A stretch of DNA of 64,000 nt from Anaerolineae bacterium. GTDB taxonomy: Bacteria; Chloroflexota; Anaerolineae; B4-G1; SLSP01. The notes under the pieces are model-generated. The model saw only the letters and a list, made by a program, of their open reading frames with translations. It did no database searches and was not told where the DNA came from. The stretch covers positions 20,643 to 84,642 of the forward strand of contig JBNGCP010000003.1 in the NCBI GenBank assembly GCA_049974845.1, read 5' to 3'. A program made the translations under genes and the position numbers. This document shows, piece after piece, positions 56,847 through 64,000 of the stretch. How positions within the stretch are numbered: the stretch's first letter is position 1; every line of letters begins with the position of its first letter.

Positions 56847-58802
56847 ATGACGAAGAGACCTCTGGTCGTACTTGCTGCCTTTGTGGCGTTGAGTGTCGGC
56901 CTAAGCGCCTGCGCGCAAGGGACCCCCGAAGTGATCCGCGAGACCGTCGTGGTCGAGAGGACGGTTCAGGTGGAGGAGACCGTGGAGGTCGAGGTGCAAG
57001 TCACGCCATCCACTGAGCCTGAAGCGCCGCAGGCCAAGTCCTTGGTCGTCTGCCAGGGCGGGGAGCCTGATACGCTGTATTACTATGGCAGCACCATGCT
57101 GGCGTCGATGCATGTTCAACAAGCCGTCTACGATGGGGCCGCCCGCGGAGGTATGGACAACCGTGCCTACGGGTACCAGCCCACCATCCTGCGGAAGCTG
57201 CCTAGTCTCGAAGATGGTGATGCAGTGATCAACGCTGTGACGGTACAAGCCGGCGACCTGGTTGTCAACGATGGCGGCGCCCCTGTTGAGCTCGTCGAGG
57301 GTATCATGGTCCGTCCCGCTGGCTGTCGCAGCACGGATTGCGCCGTTGAGTTCACGGGCGAGCCCTTGGAGATGGATCAGATGGTTGCCACGTTTGAGCT
57401 CCTGGAGGGCTTGATGTGGTCCAACGGCGATCCCTTGACCGCTGACGACTCGGTCTACGGGTTTGAGCTGAACGCCAATCCCGATACCCCCACCGGTCGT
57501 TATTCTGTTGAGCGGACGGCCTCTTACGAGGCCACGAGCGATACGGTGACCGTATGGACCGGTCTTCCCGGCTATATCGATCAGCTCTATTATACGAATT
57601 TCTGGCATCCCTTTCCCCGCAAGCTGTGGCAAGATGAACTTGGCTACAGTGCGGCGGATCTCTTGGAGGCCGAGGAGAGCTCGCGAATGCCGATGGGATG
57701 GGGCGCCTTCGTCATTACGCAGTGGGTCGCCGGTGATCACATCACTGTGGAGAGGAACCCCAACTACTACCGGGCTGATGAGGGTCTCCCGTATCTCGAT
57801 ACCGTCATTTTCCGCTTTGTCCCTGACCCCAACTCTGCTGTAGCACAGCTCATCTCTGGAGAATGCGATATCGCCACCTGGGACACGTCCCTTGAGGATC
57901 AGGCTGAGCTACTGCTCAAGTTGGAGCAAGCGGACGTGGTCAACCCTGTCTTCGCGACCACACCGGCTTGGGAGCACGTGACCTTTGGCATCAACCCCGC
58001 GCCTGATTACGATCGACCGGATTTCTTCGAGGACGTTCGCGTTCGGCAAGCTATTGCTCAGTGTCTAGACCGTCAGGCGGTCGTCGACACGCTCTTGTAC
58101 GGTCGCTCTGTGGTGGTAGATTCCTACAGCCCCCCGGAGCATCCGCTCTACGCCGATGGTCTGACGAGCTGGTCTTACGATCCTGAAGCGGGCCGGGCCT
58201 TGCTGGAGGAAGTGGGCTGGGTCGACGTTGATGACGACGGCGTTCGTGAGGCGCAGGGTGTTGAGGGGATTCCTGATGGCACCCCGCTCGAGTTCCGATG
58301 GCAGTCGACGATGCAGTCGACGCGCGAGGGCTATATGCAGATGTTCCAGGAGAATCTGGCCGACTGTGGCATCGCGGTGGACCTAGAGAGTATGCCCACG
58401 ACCGAGTTCTACGCTGACGGCCCAGAGGGACCGCTCTTCGGCCGCAAGTTCGACCTGGCCTCCTTTGCCTGGATGGCGGACACGGTCCCACCTTGTGACT
58501 TCTACCTGAGCGCCGACATACCGTCTGAGGAGAATGGCTGGGACGGGTACAATGTGGCGGGCTTTGAGCACGCTCCTTACGATGAGCAGTGTACGCGCGC
58601 GGTCAATGCGCTTTCTGGGACCGACGACTACGTCGAGGGTCACAAAGAGGCCCAACGCATCTTCGCCGAGCAACTCCCGGCCATTCCGCTCTACCTGCAG
58701 CTCAAGATCGCGGCTGTTCGCCCCGAAGTCAAAGGCTTTGTCATGGACCCCACAGAGTACTCGGAAATGTGGAATATCGAGGCGTTCGACCTCGACAGAT
58801 GA
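56847..58802 (+). CDS. ABC transporter substrate-binding lipoprotein, family 5 (second paralog)
   Basis: Signal peptide plus lipobox LSAC, then an ETVVVERTVQVEETVEVEVQV repeat-like linker and an SBP5-like domain. Consensus-like promoter (TTGCTG-N16-TATAAT) and GAAGGAGA RBS upstream. Confidence 0.8.
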   Translation: MTKRPLVVLAAFVALSVGLSACAQGTPEVIRETVVVERTVQVEETVEVEVQVTPSTEPEAPQAKSLVVCQGGEPDTLYYYGSTMLASMHVQQAVYDGAARGGMDNRAYGYQPTILRKLPSLEDGDAVINAVTVQAGDLVVNDGGAPVELVEGIMVRPAGCRSTDCAVEFTGEPLEMDQMVATFELLEGLMWSNGDPLTADDSVYGFELNANPDTPTGRYSVERTASYEATSDTVTVWTGLPGYIDQLYYTNFWHPFPRKLWQDELGYSAADLLEAEESSRMPMGWGAFVITQWVAGDHITVERNPNYYRADEGLPYLDTVIFRFVPDPNSAVAQLISGECDIATWDTSLEDQAELLLKLEQADVVNPVFATTPAWEHVTFGINPAPDYDRPDFFEDVRVRQAIAQCLDRQAVVDTLLYGRSVVVDSYSPPEHPLYADGLTSWSYDPEAGRALLEEVGWVDVDDDGVREAQGVEGIPDGTPLEFRWQSTMQSTREGYMQMFQENLADCGIAVDLESMPTTEFYADGPEGPLFGRKFDLASFAWMADTVPPCDFYLSADIPSEENGWDGYNVAGFEHAPYDEQCTRAVNALSGTDDYVEGHKEAQRIFAEQLPAIPLYLQLKIAAVRPEVKGFVMDPTEYSEMWNIEAFDLDR

Positions 58803-58850
58803 CTCGTGATGGGGGCGGGCCCCAGCCCAGCCCTCCTGAAGTAGGCCTTG

Positions 58851-58894
58851 GCGGAGCGATGAAGGGCACCTTCATCGCTCCGCTTGGTTTTTTG
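58851..58894 (+). terminator. strong intrinsic terminator after the second SBP gene
   Basis: 13-bp stem GGAGCGATGAAGG-gca-CCTTCATCGCTCC followed by GCTTGGTTTTTTG. Confidence 0.8.
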
Positions 58895-58958
58895 TTGAGA
58901 GGGGCGGCGCTTTCCAAATTCCATTAAGCAGACTATAATCGAAATGGGAGGTCCATCG

Positions 58959-59495
58959 ATGGCAACCAAACGCCCCAGTCTGCTAGGCGCGCTGCTTATC
59001 CTCGCATTGGTTGGAGGTGTCGTGTTCTGGTGGGTGAACAGCATGCCCAACGAGGATCCTCTCTGGTTTGTGAAGTCCTTCAAGGCTGAGGCTGACTGGA
59101 TGACCGTCTACTGGGAGGGGGAGACCTGCATGTTCTTTCCCGGCGATCCTGAGTATGAGAGGATTATGAGCGCTTTCGCCGACAGTGTGGCGCACTGGTC
59201 TGGATACGAGCAGAGCGTTGGCCTCTCCTGTGAAAGTCTCGGGCACCTTCGTGAACAGGCACGATTGCTTGAGCTGCACTACAATGAACCGGTGCAGGTG
59301 CACACCCGTTACCCGTTTTCCGAAGCGCGCAGTTTCTGGGTGCCGCTCTCTGGCTCCCACGCGCAGGCGTGCCGGGTCTTTGGTGGGCTCGGCGATGAGC
59401 CTCGAATCGGCGTGCTCAATGTCAGCTCGGAGCATTACGCGAGCCTTGAAGAGGCCGTCCATCAGGCGATAGCGGACCGCCATAGCGCACCCTGA
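58959..59495 (+). CDS. hypothetical protein with N-terminal membrane anchor
   Basis: Start at the ATG after GGGAGG. TATAAT -10 upstream. Confidence 0.5.
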   Translation: MATKRPSLLGALLILALVGGVVFWWVNSMPNEDPLWFVKSFKAEADWMTVYWEGETCMFFPGDPEYERIMSAFADSVAHWSGYEQSVGLSCESLGHLREQARLLELHYNEPVQVHTRYPFSEARSFWVPLSGSHAQACRVFGGLGDEPRIGVLNVSSEHYASLEEAVHQAIADRHSAP

Positions 59496-59525
59496 TGTAT
59501 GCGAGCCCATTCGCGATGAAAGCCA

Positions 59526-61208
59526 ATGTCATCATCTCCATTGACCTCGATAAGACTGCCTAAGTCCCTTGTGGTGGATGGGACCGCGGAGGCTAGATCT
59601 CGGATTCTGGTCGTCGATGATGAGCCTGAGATGATTCGGCTCATCAGTGAGGTTTTGGAGATGCTGCCCGGCGAGATTCTGGTCGCGAACGACGGGGCGA
59701 CAGGTCTGCAGCGCTTGCGGCGCGAGGTGGCGCGGGGAATGTCCGTCGATCTGGTCTTGCTCGATATTATGATGCCCGGAGAGGATGGATTTCGCACCCT
59801 CAGCAAGATGAAGGCGGATCCCGAGCTGGAGCAGATCCCCGTGATCCTGATCACGGGCCTCGATTCTGTGCCTGCCAAGACGCGGGGACTGCAAATGGGA
59901 GCGGATGACTACATCGTCAAACCTTTCGATCCCCAGGAGCTTTTGGCTCGCATCGGCGTGGTCCGCAGGATCCGCAGATCCGAGTCGATGCTGCGTCAGC
60001 GAAACCAGGAGTTGGCGGCGCTGGATGAGATCAACCGGGCCATCTCGTCGAGCCTGGACCTCGATGAGGTGCTCGTGTCAGCTCTCAAAGGGCTGAGCCG
60101 ACTTATCGACGCGGAAGTGCTGGCGGTGGTGCTGCGTGACGACGAGTCCGACGACGGTGTCGTCCGCGCGGCGCGTAGCCCGGCGGGCGTCTGGCTTGAG
60201 GGCCGGCTGATCCCCCAGCACGACAGTCCGTTCTGGCAATCCATGCAAGATGGACGCTCCATTCTGGAGAAACACGTGACGTCGGGGTTCTGGAACCGGG
60301 CTCTAGAGCTGTCTCCCCTGGATGTGCTCTGCGTGCCGCTGGCTAAGAACGACGAGACGGTGGGGGCTCTCTTCGCCGTGGGGCACGACAATACGCTGCG
60401 CGATCAGGATATCACGCTGGTCGAGCATATCGCAGCTACCGTTGTCGTGGCGGTGGAGAAGGCCTGGCTGTTTCAGGATCTTGAGGCCTTCGCGGAAGAG
60501 ATCGAGCGCTCGCAGAGCCAGTTGATCCAGGCCGAGAAGATGGCAGCCGTCGGACGGTTGACCGCGTCGCTGGCCCACGAGATCAACAACCCTCTTCAGG
60601 CGATCCAGAACAGCCTGCATCTGGCCTCACACAAGGGATTGGACGCCGATAACAAGGCCCGATTCCTGGAGATGGCTCAGAACGAGGTCAATCGCCTGAT
60701 TCAGATTGTACATCGCATGCTGGATTTCTACCGGCCCTCCTCGTCGATGCACAAGCTGGATGTGAACCGTCCGGTAGAGGACGCGCTGGCGATTGCGAGC
60801 AAACGGCTGCAGCAATCGCATATTCAGGTGGAGGCCCGCCTCGCGCCCAATCTTCCTCCGGTGCGCGGGGTGGCAAACCAGTTGACGCAAGTCTTCCTCA
60901 ATCTGGTGATCAACGCAATCGAAGCTATGCCGGACGGGGGGACGTTGTGGGTCGGCACTGCCTATCACGCCCAGACGCAGGAGGTCGTGACGGCATTCCG
61001 CGATAGCGGTCCGGGCATCCCCGCTGAGATACGGAGTCATCTCTTCGAGCCCTTTCACACGTCCAAACCCACCGGGACCGGACTGGGCTTAGCGATCAGC
61101 TACGGCATTGTTGAGCGTCATAATGGCCTTATTGAGGTGGAGAGCCCTCCGGGCGGTGGTGCAACCTTCATCATTCGACTGCCGGAGTACCAGGAGCAGG
61201 AGGACTGA
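59526..61208 (+). CDS. hybrid sensor: REC + GAF + HisKA + HATPase_c histidine kinase
   Basis: VVDDEPEMIRL...LLDIMMPGEDG (REC). GAF-like middle region. H-box LAHEINNPLQAI. G-boxes DSGPGIP and GTGLGL. Confidence 0.85.
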   Translation: MSSSPLTSIRLPKSLVVDGTAEARSRILVVDDEPEMIRLISEVLEMLPGEILVANDGATGLQRLRREVARGMSVDLVLLDIMMPGEDGFRTLSKMKADPELEQIPVILITGLDSVPAKTRGLQMGADDYIVKPFDPQELLARIGVVRRIRRSESMLRQRNQELAALDEINRAISSSLDLDEVLVSALKGLSRLIDAEVLAVVLRDDESDDGVVRAARSPAGVWLEGRLIPQHDSPFWQSMQDGRSILEKHVTSGFWNRALELSPLDVLCVPLAKNDETVGALFAVGHDNTLRDQDITLVEHIAATVVVAVEKAWLFQDLEAFAEEIERSQSQLIQAEKMAAVGRLTASLAHEINNPLQAIQNSLHLASHKGLDADNKARFLEMAQNEVNRLIQIVHRMLDFYRPSSSMHKLDVNRPVEDALAIASKRLQQSHIQVEARLAPNLPPVRGVANQLTQVFLNLVINAIEAMPDGGTLWVGTAYHAQTQEVVTAFRDSGPGIPAEIRSHLFEPFHTSKPTGTGLGLAISYGIVERHNGLIEVESPPGGGATFIIRLPEYQEQED

Positions 61209-61214
61209 GAGACT

Positions 61215-62021
61215 ATGAACATTGATGCGAACGTTCTGATTGTGGATGACGAGGCTGCGGAGCGGATCACGCTCGGGGAGGTCCTTCGGTTGGAGGGCTA
61301 CCAGGTCGCGCTGGCCGCGTCTGGCGAGCAGGCGCTGTCCATGGCGCGGGAGCAATCCCCGCCCTATGACATCGCGATTCTCGATCTGAGGCTTCCCGGT
61401 ATCGATGGCCTGCAAGTTCTCGATGGCATTCGGCAGATCTCTGACGAGACTATCGTTATCCTTATTACCGGCTATGGAACCCTGGAGACCGCCATCAGCG
61501 CGCTTCGCAAAGGGGCTTATGATTTCCTGCTCAAACCGTGCCCAGTGGAAGAGGTCTTGAGCGCCGTCCATCGGGCGCTTTCAGAGCTTAAGGCCGGTCG
61601 GCATCGTCGCTCCTTGGTGCAGCAGTTGCATAATACGCTTCAGGAGCTGGTCGAGACCGATAGTCTGGAGAGGATCGAGGCCGACGGCGCCGGTGCGGAG
61701 GATGACGATGTGATTGTTGCGGGAGAGGTCACCCTCGATAAGGCCAAACACCTGGTGACCCACAACGGGGAGGCGGTGGATCTGACGCCAACGGAGTTTC
61801 GGCTGCTTGAGTGCATGATGAGCCGCGCCGATGAAGTGTGTTCGCCTCAGGAGCTCGTGAAGTGCGCTCAGGGCTACGAGACCGATGCCTGGGGGGCGCG
61901 CTCAATCGTGCGGGTCCATATACGGCGGTTGCGCCGGAAACTCGAGCCTGTGCCGGAGGACCCCCGATACATCCTCAACGTCAGGGGCGTGGGCTATGTC
62001 TTCTCTACGGAGCCTGACTGA
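61215..62021 (+). CDS. OmpR/PhoB-family response regulator with extended linker
   Basis: REC (LIVDDEAAER...ILDLRLPGIDG) plus a C-terminal winged helix (LTPTEFRLLECMM...RVHIRRLRRKLE...VRGVGYVF). Confidence 0.85.
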   Translation: MNIDANVLIVDDEAAERITLGEVLRLEGYQVALAASGEQALSMAREQSPPYDIAILDLRLPGIDGLQVLDGIRQISDETIVILITGYGTLETAISALRKGAYDFLLKPCPVEEVLSAVHRALSELKAGRHRRSLVQQLHNTLQELVETDSLERIEADGAGAEDDDVIVAGEVTLDKAKHLVTHNGEAVDLTPTEFRLLECMMSRADEVCSPQELVKCAQGYETDAWGARSIVRVHIRRLRRKLEPVPEDPRYILNVRGVGYVFSTEPD

Positions 62022-62041
62022 GCGGCGTCGGGCTGGGGCGG

Positions 62042-62221
62042 TGATAAAGCAATGACGAAGACAGAGAAAGAATGGGTCGTCAAGATGCAGGAGACGCGTC
62101 AGGCGGTGAAGCGTCTGCGCAATCTCCGATCCGCAACGCCCCAGATTAGGGCGAAGCAATCATGGTTTGAGCGGTTGCAAAAACGGCTGGGGCTGTTGCG
62201 GAAGACGGCCGATCCAGAATA
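62042..62221 (+). CDS. small basic hypothetical protein (59 aa)
   Basis: My own translation gives MTKTEKEWVVKMQETRQAVKRLRNLRSATPQIRAKQSWFERLQKRLGLLRKTADPE. Weak RBS. Speculative. Confidence 0.2.
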
Positions 62222-62267
62222 GCACAGCCTGAGGCGCCTGTTCAGCCAAGTGCCCAGGGCGAGGGCT

Positions 62268-63263
62268 TTACCAGATAAGGAAGAGCTGCTTTTCCGTATC
62301 TACTGTCGGACCGTACGTTGCCTCTACGTCGAGGACGACCCACGTGCCAGATCGGATGCCCTCAAGAGGAACCGAGAACCACGCCCGCCCGCGGCTGTCG
62401 GTAGGCGCGATGCGCGCCAGATCGGGCAGCGGCTGTCCCAACTCATCACGGAATGTGATCTTGACCTGAGCATCTCGGAGGGGTTCTCCACTCCGATCAT
62501 CGAAGATCACCACGGCCACGTCCTGACTCTCGCCCATTCCTACCACCGCGTGTCCCACGCCTACCATCGTGCGAAGCTTCTGAGGGGCCGCCCCTCCGAA
62601 ACGTGCAGAAGGCGGTGTCAGGACGTCCGGCGGCAGGCGACCGCGATGGGCATTCACGTACATATCCCCTAAGTTATCCACGGTCACGCGTCCGGTGCTG
62701 GGATCGTAGATCAGCTTGAGACGCTGGAAATACTGAACGACTTTTTGGTCCTCGGCCAGCATTCCCGTGATAGGATAGCCGAAGAGATCGATGCCGCCAT
62801 GCGAGCGGAAGTACTTGAGGAACTGCGGGTTGACGGAGTGCCCGGTCTCCGCGAAATAGGCCCGACCTACAGACAGCACCCGAGACGAGTCTGGGGCGCT
62901 CTGGAAGCCAAGCTCATCGCCCAGCAAGCCCAGTTGCACCTGATAGGGCTTTTTGTTGAGGGGATGCCACTCCAAACGTGCCTTCTGAAAATACTGGACG
63001 AGGATCCCACGGTCGTTGTAGGGCGCGGAGATCGGATATCCGAAGATTTCCAACCCACCGTGGGTGTCAAAATACGCCAGGAACTCGCCGCTCACCCAGA
63101 ATCCGGTCTCCTCAAAGAAGCGCCGTTCGGGTTCAGGCGGGGGTTCCTCCGGCCCATACCGCGCCAGGAGAGGACGGGGCAGGAGCAGGCCAAGTGCTAC
63201 CAAGGAGAGAACGACACCGATAGCTCCCCAGAGACCGGATGATCGGTTTTTGGTTTTCATCAT
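62268..63263 (-). CDS. secreted/membrane-anchored protein with two ~47-aa tandem repeats (...YF..HGG...FGYPI...) and a C-terminal beta-rich domain
   Basis: Start moved to MMKTKNRSSGLWGAIGVVLSLVAL with GAGG 7 nt upstream. The repeats are GFWVSGEFLAYFDTHGGLEIFGYPIS and GHSVNPQFLKYFRSHGGIDLFGYPIT. Confidence 0.55.
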   Translation of the reverse strand: MMKTKNRSSGLWGAIGVVLSLVALGLLLPRPLLARYGPEEPPPEPERRFFEETGFWVSGEFLAYFDTHGGLEIFGYPISAPYNDRGILVQYFQKARLEWHPLNKKPYQVQLGLLGDELGFQSAPDSSRVLSVGRAYFAETGHSVNPQFLKYFRSHGGIDLFGYPITGMLAEDQKVVQYFQRLKLIYDPSTGRVTVDNLGDMYVNAHRGRLPPDVLTPPSARFGGAAPQKLRTMVGVGHAVVGMGESQDVAVVIFDDRSGEPLRDAQVKITFRDELGQPLPDLARIAPTDSRGRAWFSVPLEGIRSGTWVVLDVEATYGPTVDTEKQLFLIW

Positions 63264-63319
63264 GGCTGACCTCATAACACATTGTACACAATTTCTCGGG
63301 GAAATGCAAGTAGTTTTCC

Positions 63320-63410
63320 GTGCATTCTGCCGTAATTGCGGATTCTGCCGCGACCCGCGGATTCTGCTGCGATCTGCGGATTCGCCACGATCAGCGGATC
63401 GCGAGAATGG
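63320..63410. repeat. about 4.5 tandem direct repeats of a ~19-bp unit (TGCGGATTCTGCCGCGACC)
   Basis: Units at 63337, 63356, 63375 and 63393, with a partial unit at 63321. They lie in the upstream region of the repeat-protein gene. Confidence 0.75.
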
Positions 63411-63411
63411 C

Positions 63412-64000
63412 TTAAGTAGGGTCTGATTCGTCCGGCTCTTCATCTTCTTCTTCCGGTTCCAGCACCATCGCCATATAGCGTTCGCCTTCCAGGGAAAGGG
63501 CAGCCCACTTTCCCGGCTCGAACTCGACCCAAACGTCGTCGCCCGTAAGCCTCAGGGCTTCGATGACGTCGCCATCGTGAAGGTCCCCAAGATCCTTGTA
63601 GTCTGTTCCGGGGCCGCTTCGCACGTTCAATTTCGGGATCGTCACCCGGAATCTCCAGCGCTTGCCGGTGACCTCTGGCTCAGCCTCCTCATTTCGCGCA
63701 TAGCGGAGCAGGCTGTCGTAGCTGCCGTTATACCAGTTCAGGTCGGTCGAATGGCTTCCCACGCCCGGTACGTTGCCACTCTCCGAGAACTGCCAGAAAC
63801 GCCAGGCCTCCCAGCCCCTGGGCAAGATCGGCGCAGAAGTGTAGCTTGCCACCCAGAGGTCATAGTCCTGCCATCGTTCAGAGGAGAGCACGAAGCGGTT
63901 CCAAAACCAGCGTGCCGTGTAGATGATGGGACGTCTACCCGAATGCTCTTCAACCAGGCGGAGAGCGTCCCGCACCGAGGTCGTGATTCTCCCGGGCACA
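63412..64000 (-). CDS. GH25-family lysozyme (C-terminal part) plus SH3b-like domain and acidic tail; N-terminus beyond window end
   Basis: PIIYTARWFWNRF...WQDYDLWVASYT...WRFWQFSESGNVPGVGSHSTDLNWYNGS matches the C-terminal half of GH25 muramidases. SH3b-like RWRFRVTIPKLNVRSGPGTDY follows. Confidence 0.65.
   Translation of the reverse strand, partial: VPGRITTSVRDALRLVEEHSGRRPIIYTARWFWNRFVLSSERWQDYDLWVASYTSAPILPRGWEAWRFWQFSESGNVPGVGSHSTDLNWYNGSYDSLLRYARNEEAEPEVTGKRWRFRVTIPKLNVRSGPGTDYKDLGDLHDGDVIEALRLTGDDVWVEFEPGKWAALSLEGERYMAMVLEPEEEDEEPDESDPT

Overview
High-GC (~62%) bacterial chromosomal segment, possibly Chloroflexota-like, though lineage is inference only. I annotated about 60 protein-coding genes by reading the six-frame track and translating edge and short ORFs by hand. 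I found no rRNA, tRNA or CRISPR.

Recognisable content:
- A glycan-degradation group: a GH38 alpha-mannosidase (partial at the window start), a sulfatase, an esterase and a GT-A-like protein.
- A ModF-like tandem ABC ATPase.
- Oxidative-stress genes: a free methionine-(R)-sulfoxide reductase (fRMsr)-like GAF-domain protein, rubredoxin, OsmC and Bcp.
- An adenine-nucleotide gene cluster: an amidohydrolase-CYTH fusion, a NUDIX hydrolase, a COG1839-like kinase and a CinA-N-like protein.
- Two tandem CheY-like REC genes.
- lexA divergent from an ATP-cone/uridine-kinase fusion gene.
- An S8 peptidase.
- xerC/D-family recombinase, clpC and the rpsO-pnp operon.
- rlmD-like, PhzF-like, hflX-rlmE (overlapping), an epimerase, an SsnA-like amidohydrolase, trmD and an ECF sigma factor.
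- A family-5 peptide ABC transporter operon with two large lipoprotein substrate-binding proteins.
- A hybrid REC-GAF histidine kinase with an OmpR-type regulator.
- A GH25 lysozyme (partial at the window end).

The most unusual items:
1. A previously unnamed nested-inverted-repeat MITE-like element family, present in four intergenic copies.
2. An MtaD-like deaminase fused to a CYTH domain inside the nucleotide cluster.
3. A LexA-divergent ATP-cone/uridine-kinase gene with a consensus promoter and a candidate LexA box.
4. A stand-alone, promoter-to-terminator structured RNA of about 220 nt.
5. Several tandem direct-repeat arrays in regulatory regions.
6. A 5'-truncated dGTPase gene.

Nothing was searched against any database; all calls rest on motifs I can read in the sequence.
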